From NCBI GenBank assembly GCA_965223665.1, contig OZ245011.1:3520001-3584000 (forward strand): a stretch of 64,000 nt of DNA, read 5' to 3'. Below are positions 1 to 10,381 of this stretch, piece after piece. A model generated the notes under the pieces. That model was given only the letters and a program-made list of their open reading frames with translations, did no database searches and was not told the origin of the DNA. A program made the translations under genes and the position numbers. The stretch's first letter is position 1; every line of letters begins with the position of its first letter. The stretch comes from Nitrospinaceae bacterium (GTDB lineage Bacteria > Nitrospinota > Nitrospinia > Nitrospinales > Nitrospinaceae).

Positions 1-438
1 ATTGATAAGGCAGAAGAGGCTTATGACTTGGAACAAAAAGAGCAACTTGAGAAAAAGATAAAAAAGAACTCTTTTGATTTGGAAGATTTCAGGGATCAAC
101 TTCAACAGGTTAGGAAAATGGGATCAATGCAAGACTTGCTGGGCATGATTCCGGGTGGCAAAAAATTGAAAGGTTTAAAAATAGATGATAGTGCTTTTAC
201 CCAGGTAGTGGCAATTATTAACTCTATGACCCCAAAAGAAAGGGCCAACCACAACGTCATTAATGGTAGCCGAAAAAGAAGAATTGCCCGTGGAAGTGGA
301 ACATCTGTGAGCGAAATCAATAAACTATTAAAACAATTTGCTCAAATGAAAAAGATGATGAAGAAGTTTTCCCGTGGAGGTTTGCAGGGATTTAATTTGA
401 AAAATATGATGGGCGGAAGAGGTATGAGTCCATTTTAA
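1..438 (+). CDS. ffh: Signal recognition particle protein Ffh, C-terminal M domain (5' truncated by window edge)
   Basis: Frame open from base 1; FDLEDF..Q, AIINSMTPKER, SRKRRIARGSG motifs; precedes rpsP. Confidence 0.96.
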   Translation: MDKAEEAYDLEQKEQLEKKIKKNSFDLEDFRDQLQQVRKMGSMQDLLGMIPGGKKLKGLKIDDSAFTQVVAIINSMTPKERANHNVINGSRKRRIARGSGTSVSEINKLLKQFAQMKKMMKKFSRGGLQGFNLKNMMGGRGMSPF

Positions 439-510
439 TTTCTATTTTTGTGTTTTTTTGAATATAGTAGCGTTTATCTTTAACATTTTTCTTACAAAGG
501 GGAGAAAATT

Positions 511-759
511 TTGGCAGTAGTAATTCGATTGAGCAGACGAGGAGCAAAAAAGAGACCATTCTATAGAATTGTGGCTACAGATTCGCGGTCACCGAGAGAT
601 GGTAAATTTCTGGAGGTAATTGGAACATTTGATCCTTTAAAAGAAGAAGATGGGTGTTTAGTTGATGCGGAAAAGGCTCAGAGTTGGTTGCAAAAAGGTG
701 CACGTCCCTCCAGGACGGTTGCCTCTTTATTAAAAAAAGCCGGGGTAGGGCTATCTTAA
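511..759 (+). CDS. rpsP: 30S ribosomal protein S16
   Basis: [30 protein letters not shown] start after AGGGGAG RBS. Confidence 0.98.
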   Translation: MAVVIRLSRRGAKKRPFYRIVATDSRSPRDGKFLEVIGTFDPLKEEDGCLVDAEKAQSWLQKGARPSRTVASLLKKAGVGLS

Positions 760-859
760 GCTTGGGATCTTTTGATCTCTTCGTGACTCGAGTCTAGAGC
801 ACATTTCGAATTGAAACCAGTGCGGACACCTAATATTGAGCTTGTTGGAGGAATCGGGC

Positions 860-1090
860 ATGAAGGATCTAATTTCTTACATCGCAAAAGCTTTGGTGGA
901 CTTTCCTGATCAAGTTGACATCCGTGAAGTTGAGGGTGAAAAAACAACCGTATTAGAATTACGAGTGGCAAAAGATGATCTGGGTAAGGTGATCGGGAAA
1001 CAGGGGAAAACCGCTAGAGCTATGCGAACTATATTAAATGCAACAGCCACTAAATTGAAGAAAAGAGCCGTTTTAGAGATCATTGAATAA
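860..1090 (+). CDS. khpA: KH-domain RNA-binding protein KhpA (YlqC)
   Basis: [20 protein letters not shown] at 860 after GGAGG (847-851); canonical position between rpsP and rimM. Confidence 0.93.
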   Translation: MKDLISYIAKALVDFPDQVDIREVEGEKTTVLELRVAKDDLGKVIGKQGKTARAMRTILNATATKLKKRAVLEIIE

Positions 1091-1093
1091 TAC

Positions 1094-1612
1094 ATGGAAC
1101 GGGTTTCTATCGGAAAATTTACCAAAACTCATGGGCTAAAGGGAGAATTAAAGTTCCATCCTTTTTGGGATGATTCAGAGATTTTATCGGAGATTAAAAA
1201 AGGTCTCCTCAACAACCCCATTGAGTTGGAATCAAAATTTCAAATCGAACAAATAAGGTTTCAGGGGAAAAGGTGGATCGTAAAAATTAAAGGGTGCGAT
1301 TCCATAGACCAAGCCAAAACCTTTGTGGGGCAGACCTTAAAAGTTTCTAGTAATTATTTCCCACCTTTGCCGGAAGGCGAATATTATTGGTTCGAAATTG
1401 AGGGTTTAAAAGTTTTCGATGATGCCGGGCGCTACCATGGAATCGTCACAGAGATCATTGCGACTGGAAGTAACGATGTTTATGTGGTAAAGGATGACGA
1501 TAAAGAGCTACTTCTTCCAATGATTGATTCTGTGGTTAAAACGATCGATTTGGAAAAACGAATTTTAATTTTTCATATCATCGAGGGTTTGCTTGAAGAC
1601 CATCCTGTTTGA
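1094..1612 (+). CDS. rimM: Ribosome maturation factor RimM
   Basis: [29 protein letters not shown]; operon position. Confidence 0.95.
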   Translation: MERVSIGKFTKTHGLKGELKFHPFWDDSEILSEIKKGLLNNPIELESKFQIEQIRFQGKRWIVKIKGCDSIDQAKTFVGQTLKVSSNYFPPLPEGEYYWFEIEGLKVFDDAGRYHGIVTEIIATGSNDVYVVKDDDKELLLPMIDSVVKTIDLEKRILIFHIIEGLLEDHPV

Positions 1613-2288
1613 CATCGTATCCATTTTCCCAAAGATGTTTGACTCTCCTTTTGCTGAGAGCATATTAAAGCGCGCTCGGGAAAAAAAGCTAATTGATTTA
1701 TATTTCCATGATCTCCGAGCTTATACTCTGGACAAACACAAGAATGTGGATGATTATCCTTTTGGTGGTGGAGCCGGCATGGTGATGAATGTTGAACCCA
1801 TTGATAGAGCTCTTACTGCAATTAAGGAGAACCGGCCTCAGGCCCATTCTATTCTACTGACTCCCTCTGGAAAATTATTCACCCAATCTAAGGCTCGTGA
1901 GCTTTCATTGAAAAAAGAGATAATTTTAATATGCGGTAGGTATGAAGGGGTTGATGAACGAGTTCGCCTCTTAGTGGAAGAAGAAATATCTGTTGGAGAT
2001 TATGTTTTATCGGGGGGAGAAATTCCAGCTATGACAATTGTTGATGCCGTGTCCCGATTAGTTCCAGGAGTTTTAGGAGATGAAGAAAGTTTAAATGAGG
2101 AATCCTTTAGTGCGGGTTTATTGGAGTACCCTCAGTACACTCGGCCACAAAATTATAAAGGCTGGCAAGTTCCTGATGTTCTTCTTTCAGGAAACCATAA
2201 GGAAATTGAAAACTGGCGGCGTGAGGAATCATTAAAAAAAACAGCAACGAATCGACCAGATTTATTAAAAAAATACCTATCCGATTGA
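1593..2288 (+). CDS. trmD: tRNA (guanine37-N1)-methyltransferase
   Basis: [43 protein letters not shown]. Confidence 0.98.
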   Translation: MKTILFDIVSIFPKMFDSPFAESILKRAREKKLIDLYFHDLRAYTLDKHKNVDDYPFGGGAGMVMNVEPIDRALTAIKENRPQAHSILLTPSGKLFTQSKARELSLKKEIILICGRYEGVDERVRLLVEEEISVGDYVLSGGEIPAMTIVDAVSRLVPGVLGDEESLNEESFSAGLLEYPQYTRPQNYKGWQVPDVLLSGNHKEIENWRREESLKKTATNRPDLLKKYLSD

Positions 2289-2315
2289 ACCGGAAAAGAA
2301 TGGACCTTTGAAATC

Positions 2316-2894
2316 TTGTCCCATAATACCCAAAATAGAATTTATGTAGCCCTGGTGCATTTCCCGGTTTATAACAAATCTGGCGATATTGTCACCTCTT
2401 CGGTAACCACCCTTGATGTGCATGATATTTCGCGAATTTGTTGCACATACAATGTGGAGGCATTTTTTGTTGTAACTCCATTAAAAACGCAGCAGGAACT
2501 AGTACAGCGAATGATGGATCATTGGTTGTCGGGTTACGGAGCAGAATACAATCCTACAAGGAAAGAGGCCTTACTCCAAACCCAGGTTGTAAATATTCTG
2601 GATGAGGCAATTCAGGAGATTTTAGAAAAGGAAGGGAAAAAACCTTTAGTTGTTATTCCCGATGCAAAATCATTTCCCCAAAGCCAACCCTATTCACGAA
2701 TTAAAAATGAAATTTCCCAGGACCAACCCTTTTTACTTGTGTTTGGAACAGGATGGGGATTAGAGCGTGGATTGGTCGAACGTGCGGATTACGTTTTAGC
2801 ACCTATTGAGGGATTAAATGGATACAATCACTTACCCGTCAGAGCAGCGGTGGCAATTATTTTGGACCGATTATTGTCTAAAGGTTCAGGGTAA
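2316..2894 (+). CDS. SPOUT-class SAM-dependent RNA methyltransferase (DUF2168-like, often fused or adjacent to TrmD)
   Basis: ALVHFPVYNK, LDVHDISR, FGTGWGL, YNHLPVRAAVAIILDRLL. Confidence 0.85.
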   Translation: MSHNTQNRIYVALVHFPVYNKSGDIVTSSVTTLDVHDISRICCTYNVEAFFVVTPLKTQQELVQRMMDHWLSGYGAEYNPTRKEALLQTQVVNILDEAIQEILEKEGKKPLVVIPDAKSFPQSQPYSRIKNEISQDQPFLLVFGTGWGLERGLVERADYVLAPIEGLNGYNHLPVRAAVAIILDRLLSKGSG

Positions 2895-2939
2895 GACGGT
2901 TAAAACCTTATTAAAATGGATAGTATTGGATAATTTTAT

Positions 2940-2969
2940 TTGAGTTTAGGGTTCCAAATCTGGTAACAT
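2940..2969 (+). promoter_or_regulatory. Putative sigma70 promoter for rplS
   Basis: TTGAGT-N18-TAACAT with TGn extension upstream of -10. Confidence 0.35.
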
Positions 2970-2995
2970 CCCAAGTTCAATCCAAGGAGAAAAGC

Positions 2996-3418
2996 ATGAA
3001 TTTGGTCGATCAAATTGAAAAACAAGAAATGAAGAAAGAAACCTCTCCGGTCCGAATTGGAGATACGGTTCGAGTTCATATGCGAATCGTTGAGGGAGAA
3101 AAGGAACGGGTTCAGGTCATTGAAGGCGTGGTCATTAAAATGCGGGGCAGTCAGAATCGCAAAACGATCACGGTTCGTAAAGTGTCCTTTGGAGTAGGTG
3201 TAGAAAGAATTTTCCCATTGCATTCTCCACGTGTTGAAAAAGTGGAAATTACCAAACATGCAAAAGTGCGTCGTGCGAAATTGTATTTTTTACGTGAGCG
3301 ACGAGGTAAAGCGGCTCGCTTAAAAGAAATCAAGATCTCCCCACCAAAATCAGAGAAATCCAAGAAAAAAGGTAAAAAAGCAAAAGCTAAAAAAGCGGCG
3401 GCAGCTAAAGAAGCATAA
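2996..3418 (+). CDS. rplS: 50S ribosomal protein L19 with Lys/Ala-rich C-terminal tail
   Basis: [38 protein letters not shown]. Confidence 0.98.
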   Translation: MNLVDQIEKQEMKKETSPVRIGDTVRVHMRIVEGEKERVQVIEGVVIKMRGSQNRKTITVRKVSFGVGVERIFPLHSPRVEKVEITKHAKVRRAKLYFLRERRGKAARLKEIKISPPKSEKSKKKGKKAKAKKAAAAKEA

Positions 3419-3430
3419 TTCCCATGAACT

Positions 3431-3464
3431 AAAAAAAGCCAGGCTGCTAAGCCTGGCTTTTTTT
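3431..3464. terminator. Bidirectional rho-independent terminator
   Basis: A7-GCCAGGCT-GCTA-AGCCTGGC-T7 between convergent rplS and peptidase genes. Confidence 0.9.
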
Positions 3465-3485
3465 ATGTTGTTTTTTGGCTCAACA

Positions 3486-4418
3486 TTATCTTGGGGTTAA
3501 CGCTTCCCTACTGGTTGTTCCAGGACGGGTTTGCCTAGTTGTAGTTGGAGTTTGGCTTGAAGGCGCAGTTGTACTTTTTAATCGATCTTTATTTAGTGCT
3601 AATAATAAAGACTCACCTAGCCCATATTTATTCGGGTTGCGATTATAAACACTCATGGATTTGGGCAATAATTTCCGGATATCGGCAATACGAGTTTGGT
3701 CCGAAGGATGAGTAGACAATAGTTCCGGTGGCGCTTTTCCCTGTTTCATCGATTGCATTCGTTTCCAAAATCGTTCTGCCTCCCTTGGGTCGTACCCGGC
3801 CTCGGCCATGAAGGCCATACCGATCTCATCTGCTTCAGATTCGTTCCCTCTGCCAAAGGGTAAAATGACACCAACGTTAGCTCCTACACCCAGAGCAGCC
3901 ATAATTGAGTTATGATATGGGCTACCACTTAAGGAAATAGCCGCAGCAGCTAACCCTGCTTGAACTAAACTCTGTTGAGTCATGCGTTGTCCCCCGTGCC
4001 TTGCAATCACGTGTGCGATTTCATGACCCATGACAGCTGCCAATCCCGCCTCATTAGCACAAACGGGTAATATTCCTGTATAAACTGCCACCTTGCCCCC
4101 GGGGAGGGCAAAGGCATTTAACTGCTTGGATTCGATGACCCTGAATTCCCATTGTAAATTTTTAAACGCAGGGTCTTTTACGAGTTTATTAGAAGCTTCA
4201 AGAACCCTTTTCCCGACTCGTTCTACAATTCGAATTAATTGTTCATTTGTAGAAGGAGTTTCCTTTTGCAGAATCTCTTGAAAAGCTTGCACCCCCATTT
4301 TGTTTTCTTGGTCTGCGGACGTAATAATAAAAGCCTGTTTTTTCGAAACCGGTGTAGTGGTACAGGAGACAATTAGGAGTGCAATACAGCCAATTAAGAT
4401 TAATTTTATTGTTTTCAT
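3486..4418 (-). CDS. M48 family zinc metallopeptidase, lipoprotein
   Basis: NAFALPGGK, HEIAH, ESEADEIG, LSTHP; lipobox-like LLIVSC after ATG 4418. Confidence 0.92.
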   Translation of the reverse strand: MKTIKLILIGCIALLIVSCTTTPVSKKQAFIITSADQENKMGVQAFQEILQKETPSTNEQLIRIVERVGKRVLEASNKLVKDPAFKNLQWEFRVIESKQLNAFALPGGKVAVYTGILPVCANEAGLAAVMGHEIAHVIARHGGQRMTQQSLVQAGLAAAAISLSGSPYHNSIMAALGVGANVGVILPFGRGNESEADEIGMAFMAEAGYDPREAERFWKRMQSMKQGKAPPELLSTHPSDQTRIADIRKLLPKSMSVYNRNPNKYGLGESLLLALNKDRLKSTTAPSSQTPTTTRQTRPGTTSREALTPR

Positions 4419-4513
4419 GCCCCAATTATATGATTCCTGTGATGAAAATTGCAACACCAGTTTTAAGTTGATTGGTCCAGGGATATACCCTATGATCTGC
4501 TTAGGGTTTTCCT

Positions 4514-5116
4514 ATGTTAGATCACGAAACCAAAGCCAAAAGAGAAGGATACCGTTGTATCGCAGGCATTGATGAAGCCGGGAGGGGGCCGCTTGCCGGA
4601 CCGGTAGTTGCGGCTGCGGTGGTTTTGCCCTTAGATATTGATTTTAATGGCTTAACTGACTCTAAAAAATTATCCCCAAGCCAAAGAGATCAATTTTTTG
4701 AAAAAATTCAAAAATCCAGCCTGGGTTACGGTATTGCAATTGTAGGCCCACAAGTTATTGATAAAATAAATATTTTGCAATCGGCCCTATTAGCGATGAA
4801 GCAAGCTGTGGATAATCTTCCTTTTATCCCGGATTTACTTTTAATTGATGGGAACAAGGCAATTGACTCTTCTTTAACTCAAAAACCCATTGTGGGGGGA
4901 GATGGTTGCAGTTTGTCAATTGCAGCAGCTTCAGTACTAGCAAAGGTAACCCGTGATCGAATAATGGAGGATTATCATAATGAGTTTCCAAAATATGAAT
5001 TTGCTAAGCACAAAGGCTATGGTACAAAGTTGCATAAGGAGCGCATTCGCCTTTTGGGACCTTGCCCTATTCACAGAAAAACCTTTAAAGGTGTGAAAGA
5101 ATTTCTCCCTTCCTGA
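4514..5116 (+). CDS. rnhB: Ribonuclease HII
   Basis: GIDEAGRGPLAGPV, DSKKL, SIAAASVLAKVTRD, HKGYGT. Confidence 0.98.
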   Translation: MLDHETKAKREGYRCIAGIDEAGRGPLAGPVVAAAVVLPLDIDFNGLTDSKKLSPSQRDQFFEKIQKSSLGYGIAIVGPQVIDKINILQSALLAMKQAVDNLPFIPDLLLIDGNKAIDSSLTQKPIVGGDGCSLSIAAASVLAKVTRDRIMEDYHNEFPKYEFAKHKGYGTKLHKERIRLLGPCPIHRKTFKGVKEFLPS

Positions 5117-5137
5117 CGGAGGGTTCTATTAAATTTT

Positions 5138-6880
5138 ATGCATTCTCAATTTAAACATAAATGGAAATTTGCTGATCCAGTAATGGAAACGGTAGAACAA
5201 TTAGTGGAAAAATTAAAAGTTTCTCACATTTTAGGGAAACTGATGGTTAATCGTGGAATCCAGAGTATTGAGGAAGGTAAATTTTTTTTAGAAGCACAGT
5301 TGAATAATTTACCTGATCCTTTTGAAATGCGAGGAATGAAAGAAGCGGTAGAACGTATAATTACTGCCATTAAAAATCGTGAACAAATTACGATTTTTGG
5401 TGATTATGATGTGGATGGAGTCACTTCCACTGCCTTAATGATTCATTTCTTTCGGGAATTAAATACACCCTTTGACTATTATTTGCCGGATCGTATGGAA
5501 GAAGGTTATGGAGTAAATGAGGATGCCTTAGATGAAATTAAATCTCGTGGTAGTTCTATTGTGATCACTGCTGATTGCGGTATTACTGCTGTAAAGCAAG
5601 TAGATTATGCGCAGTCAATTGGGTTAGATGTGATAGTTACAGATCATCACCAAATTAGTGATGAAGGACTTCCCAAAGCTTTAGCAATTTTAAATCCGCA
5701 TCAGCCGGACTGTGATTATCCATTTAAATTTTTAAGCGGTGTGGGTATTGTTTTTAAATTTGCATTAGGTATTCGACGAGGACTTTTAGACGCAGGTTGG
5801 AAGGCAAACGACCTGCCAAATCTGAAACAACATCTCGATTTATTTACACTGGGTACTATTGGAGATATGGCACCTTTAACTGGTGAGAACCATGTTCTTA
5901 CTTCTCATGGTTTGGAGGAAATGCGTATATCAACTAAACCCGGGTTAGTCGCTTTGAAATCTATTGCCGGTATAAATGGGAAAGTGGATTCCTTTTCGAT
6001 AGGGTTTGGATTGGGTCCTCGTTTAAATGCTGCGGGTAGACTGGGCAAAGCCGACCATGGGCTTGATTTATTGGTTTCTTCAAATTTAAACGATGCAATG
6101 GATATTGCAAAACAGTTGGATTGTTTAAATGAAGAACGTAAAGAAACTCAAAAGTGGTCTCAAAAAGAAGCGGAATATTTAATTGAGCGTCAAGTTGATT
6201 TAGAAAAAGATCGTGTCATTGTATTGGCATCAGAAAATTTTCATCAGGGAGTGATAGGGATTGTTGCCGCAAAAATTGTTCAAATGTTTTATAGGCCCAC
6301 TGTTCTGATTGCCCTTAAGGATGGCGTAGGCAAGGGTTCCGCCAGAAGTATACCAACATTTAATTTGTTTAAAGCTTTTACTAATTGTTCAGAGCATCTA
6401 ATTAGATATGGGGGGCATGCGTACGCTGCAGGATTAAATATTGAAGAAAACAAAATCGATGATTTTCGAAAGGCCATTAATGAAGTAGGCCATCAATTTT
6501 TAACGGATGATAAATTGATTCCGGAAATTAATGTGGATACAACTGTTTTATTTAGAGATCTAACTCCGGAGTTTTTTGATTGTGTACAAAACTTAGGTCC
6601 TTTTGGTCAAGTCAATACTCAACCTGTTTTTCATTCAAAAGCAATTCAAGTTCGTGACTTAAAATGGATTGGAAAGGAAAAAAATCATGTTCGGTTTCGC
6701 GCATTTCAAGAAGGAGATAGTATAAATGTTATAGGGTTTAAGCTGGCCTCTGTAGTTAAAAAACTGGATTTAGAGCAACCTATGGATATTGTTTATGAGC
6801 TTCATCCCAACGATTGGAACGGGCGGCTAAATCTTGAGTTGAAACTTATCGATATAAAACCAAGCCAAAATTTAGACTGA
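5138..6880 (+). CDS. recJ: Single-stranded-DNA exonuclease RecJ
   Basis: GDYDVDG, TADCG, TDHH, PRLNAAGR, GSARS, GGHAYAAG. Confidence 0.97.
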   Translation: MHSQFKHKWKFADPVMETVEQLVEKLKVSHILGKLMVNRGIQSIEEGKFFLEAQLNNLPDPFEMRGMKEAVERIITAIKNREQITIFGDYDVDGVTSTALMIHFFRELNTPFDYYLPDRMEEGYGVNEDALDEIKSRGSSIVITADCGITAVKQVDYAQSIGLDVIVTDHHQISDEGLPKALAILNPHQPDCDYPFKFLSGVGIVFKFALGIRRGLLDAGWKANDLPNLKQHLDLFTLGTIGDMAPLTGENHVLTSHGLEEMRISTKPGLVALKSIAGINGKVDSFSIGFGLGPRLNAAGRLGKADHGLDLLVSSNLNDAMDIAKQLDCLNEERKETQKWSQKEAEYLIERQVDLEKDRVIVLASENFHQGVIGIVAAKIVQMFYRPTVLIALKDGVGKGSARSIPTFNLFKAFTNCSEHLIRYGGHAYAAGLNIEENKIDDFRKAINEVGHQFLTDDKLIPEINVDTTVLFRDLTPEFFDCVQNLGPFGQVNTQPVFHSKAIQVRDLKWIGKEKNHVRFRAFQEGDSINVIGFKLASVVKKLDLEQPMDIVYELHPNDWNGRLNLELKLIDIKPSQNLD

Positions 6881-6893
6881 GAATTTTTATTGT

Positions 6894-9473
6894 TTATTCT
6901 GATCGAACGGATTCTTTAGGGTTTTGTTGAGTGGCTATTATTGAAGGATACCAACCAGCTGAACAGGCTATGACCCAAAATAAAAGAGTTGCGATAACTA
7001 TGAAACCATAAGGGAAAAAAACTTGAATTGTCCAACCAAACGATTGTTTGTTAATGACAAATATTAAAAGATAAGAAACGAGAATTCCCGCAACCAATCC
7101 AAATAAAGAACCAATCCAGCCTAATAAACCAGCTTCGATTAGAATCATTTTTTTGACTTGCTCCTGAAAGGCACCGACGAATCGAAGTATCCCAATTTCC
7201 CGCCGCCGTTCAATAATCAGAGATATCAGGGTATTGAATAATCCCAAAACAGCGACACCGATTCCAATAAGTTCTAGGGAATAAGTAATAGCAAAAGTTT
7301 TGTCAAAAATATTAAGAACCTCTTTTTTGAGTTCTGAATTTGAGCGAACCAGAATTTTGTCTGAGTTCCCAATAGTTTTTATTATTTTTTTTCGTACCTC
7401 GGGGAGTTGGTTTTTATCATTTAAATAAACCACAAAACTATTTACATTGGGGTCGCGAAAATTCTTTAAATAAGTTTGCCGGTCAATAATCACATAACCC
7501 CGCTCCTGAGAGTAATCATAATAAATTGCAATGATAACTAAATTCATGCTGCCTGCAGGCGTAGGAATGCTTATTTGATCTCCTGTTTTGACTTTATGTT
7601 TGACAGAAAATGCCTCGGATATAATGGCTCGATTTTGACCTACCATTAAATTAGCAAGCTCATTAGTTGGAGGGCCATCTTTAATAACTAAATTTCCGTA
7701 TTTAGAAAGTGCTTCAAAGTCACCCGATCCTAAAATTGCTGGTTCATCATTAAATGAAATGTTAATTGCGCGAAATAAGTCTACTTCTTTTACACCCTGG
7801 ATTTGTTTAAGAGCTTTTACTTTTTCAATGGGCAGGGTGTATTGATAATCAATGTTTTTGCCAGATGCAGCACGAACAAATAAATCAGCTTTTAAAGTTT
7901 GTTCTATCCAAACTACGACAGTTTGCCGAAAACTGTGAACCATGATCGACATGCTTATTACCATCATGAAAGCAATCGCTAATGAAGAAACAGCAATGGA
8001 GTTTCGACCCACATTTTGTGCAAGATTTAAGCTTGCTAAAAGGCCTTCCCCCTGAAACAATTTCCGGCAAAGCCCTTTCGACATGTCTCGTGTGAGTAAT
8101 AAAGCTGAAGGGGCTAAAAATGAAATTCCTAAGATAATTAGAAAAACCGAGAGAAAGCCGAAATAGGGGAAATTATTTATAGAAGGAAGCAAAGAACAAA
8201 ATCCAGCCAGTAGAAGTACAATTAATGCATAATGAGTTAGTTTTTTATTGCCACGAAAAATTTTAAGGTCATAACTTCCTCGACGCATCACTGTATTTGG
8301 AGATGTAGTGGCCGCATCGTAAGCAGGAATGATGGCTGAAATGAATGAAAGTCCTATACCCATCAAAAAGTATGGACCCATTTTATCTGGGTGAAAGCTG
8401 ACTTCGGATACATTCGTAGGCACATATAGATTGTTTATCGTAAGTGCTACGGCGTCCAAAGAGAATTGAGCTAAATAATATCCAAACCAAATTCCTAAAA
8501 ATGATCCAATGGTTCCAATTACTCCTGCTTCTAACAAAAAAATGGAAGCGATTAATAGACGGGTGGCCCCTAGAGCTCTCAGGGTTCCAATCTCCATTCG
8601 ACGACGGACAACGGAAAGAGAAATCATATTGTATATAAGATACAAGCCAACTAGTAGGGCAACAAAACTTAGCGCAGAAAGATTATATTGAAAAGCTCGT
8701 AGCATTTTTTCCACTTGTTGAGTCTTTCTCTCTGGCCGGTCTACTCTTAAAAACTCAGGTAAAGACTTGGAGATTTTTTCTTTCATCCGATCAAAATTTT
8801 TATCTCGAAGAAATTCAATATCAATTCGATCCAATCTCCCGATTTTGTTAAAAACCCGTTGTGCCCCGGAGATGTCCATAAGAGCAAAATTTCCGTTGAG
8901 AGCTTTAGCGATCCCTTTATTTTCTAAAACCGCGTTGATGTTCAATTCTGTGTCTTTTCCATTTATTAGAAAATGAATTTTCTCCCCGGGTTGGAATTGG
9001 GTGTTGGGAATGAATTTTTCAGGAAGAATTATGCTGGCAGGATCTAAAATTAGAGGAATCAAACCCGCTAAATCCTTCTGTTTGGTTTTTAGTGAATAGT
9101 CTCGTATTCCGCTATCTTGAAGGAGATCAGTTCCAAGGATTTCGACTACTTCATTGGATTGGGTTTCAACGCCGTAACCCTCAATGATTGGGTAGGCCTT
9201 AATCCAATTTCTTAAAGGACTTAAATTACGAAAATACTTTTCATCGAAGGAATTGCCTTCAGCATAAATGACAGCATCTGCTCTCCCTAAAACAAGATCC
9301 ACACTTTCGCGAAAAGAAGAAAGAGTTTGATGATTGGCTAATTGAATACTTAAAAAAACCGACACTCCAATGGCCACGCCTACGATAGTAATTAGCGTCC
9401 TAAAAGGATCGCGCAACAATGGTCTTAGAATCAAAGCATTAAAAAGATCTTTAAAATAAACTATAAAACTCAT
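6894..9473 (-). CDS. ABC transporter permease, duplicated MacB/FtsX-type
   Basis: Two MacB-periplasmic+FtsX repeats; RRMEIGTLRALGA and ERRREIGILRFVGA; C-terminal VINKQSFGWT. Confidence 0.9.
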   Translation of the reverse strand: MSFIVYFKDLFNALILRPLLRDPFRTLITIVGVAIGVSVFLSIQLANHQTLSSFRESVDLVLGRADAVIYAEGNSFDEKYFRNLSPLRNWIKAYPIIEGYGVETQSNEVVEILGTDLLQDSGIRDYSLKTKQKDLAGLIPLILDPASIILPEKFIPNTQFQPGEKIHFLINGKDTELNINAVLENKGIAKALNGNFALMDISGAQRVFNKIGRLDRIDIEFLRDKNFDRMKEKISKSLPEFLRVDRPERKTQQVEKMLRAFQYNLSALSFVALLVGLYLIYNMISLSVVRRRMEIGTLRALGATRLLIASIFLLEAGVIGTIGSFLGIWFGYYLAQFSLDAVALTINNLYVPTNVSEVSFHPDKMGPYFLMGIGLSFISAIIPAYDAATTSPNTVMRRGSYDLKIFRGNKKLTHYALIVLLLAGFCSLLPSINNFPYFGFLSVFLIILGISFLAPSALLLTRDMSKGLCRKLFQGEGLLASLNLAQNVGRNSIAVSSLAIAFMMVISMSIMVHSFRQTVVVWIEQTLKADLFVRAASGKNIDYQYTLPIEKVKALKQIQGVKEVDLFRAINISFNDEPAILGSGDFEALSKYGNLVIKDGPPTNELANLMVGQNRAIISEAFSVKHKVKTGDQISIPTPAGSMNLVIIAIYYDYSQERGYVIIDRQTYLKNFRDPNVNSFVVYLNDKNQLPEVRKKIIKTIGNSDKILVRSNSELKKEVLNIFDKTFAITYSLELIGIGVAVLGLFNTLISLIIERRREIGILRFVGAFQEQVKKMILIEAGLLGWIGSLFGLVAGILVSYLLIFVINKQSFGWTIQVFFPYGFIVIATLLFWVIACSAGWYPSIIATQQNPKESVRSE

Positions 9474-10180
9474 ATCTCCCTTTTGCCTGATCCAGAATTA
9501 TTATTAATTGTCAATGTGCCATCGTGGATTTCGAAATGTTTGTTTCCATATTGTGCAATTTCTGGGTTATGGGTAACTATTACGATTGTTGTATTAAAAT
9601 CATTTGATGCTTTTTTCAAAAGTTCTAGAATACGATAACCATTTTTCGAATCCAGATTCCCTGTAGGTTCGTCAGCTAAAATAATCTGAGGTTGATGGAC
9701 AAGGGCTCTAGCAATTGCAATCCGCTGCATTTCTCCCCCTGATAATTCTGCTGGGAAGGATTTAGCCCGATCGGTTAGTCCGACGTAATCTAATAAAGTT
9801 TGAATTCTAGATTGGCCTTTTCTGCTTGCATGAGAAAGCAATAAAGGTAATTCGATATTTTCCCAGACGGATAGGGTGGGCAATAAATTAAAAAACTGGA
9901 AGACAAACCCGATTTCTTTACGTCGTAATTCCGTCAACTCGCGGTCATCCATTTGGGAAATCAATTTTCCATTTAGAAAAATTTCACCTTGGTCTGGAGA
10001 GTCCAGACCTCCCATACAATTTAATAAGGTGGTTTTCCCCCCACCGCTAGGCCCCATCACCGAAACAAAATCGCCTTTTTCCAAGATTAAATTTACATCG
10101 GATAAAGCGGTAACCTGTAGAGAACCGGCTTGAAAATATTTTGAAACATTTTTTAGCTGAATAATTGGGTTTGATGACAT
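9470..10180 (-). CDS. ABC transporter ATP-binding protein (LolD/MacB-like)
   Basis: GPSGGGKTT, LSGGEMQR, ILADEPTGNLD; 4-nt overlap with permease. Confidence 0.95.
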   Translation of the reverse strand: MSSNPIIQLKNVSKYFQAGSLQVTALSDVNLILEKGDFVSVMGPSGGGKTTLLNCMGGLDSPDQGEIFLNGKLISQMDDRELTELRRKEIGFVFQFFNLLPTLSVWENIELPLLLSHASRKGQSRIQTLLDYVGLTDRAKSFPAELSGGEMQRIAIARALVHQPQIILADEPTGNLDSKNGYRILELLKKASNDFNTTIVIVTHNPEIAQYGNKHFEIHDGTLTINNNSGSGKREI

Positions 10181-10381
10181 TTCAGTATTTAAGGAAAAAT
10201 ATTTTAAAAAGGAATGGTATCAAAAATTGAACTGGAAGAATGGACTAAATCTATATTTTATAAAGCTGGATGGTGGAATTTTTCCTGGATCATGTTATTC
10301 TCAGGGAAATTTAAAACAAATATAGCTTTTGCAAATTTACTCAAATTGAATTTGCTATGGGAAAAAGGGCTCGGGATTTCT

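Noticed and set aside
6894-10180. ABC pair as an AttEFG-type system linked to a lipocalin-like AttH
   Set aside because: No AttH-like gene adjacent; substrate cannot be inferred
10214-10381. 56-aa N-terminal extension of the aminotransferase
   Set aside because: Spans the divergent promoter region; family similarity starts at ATG 10382
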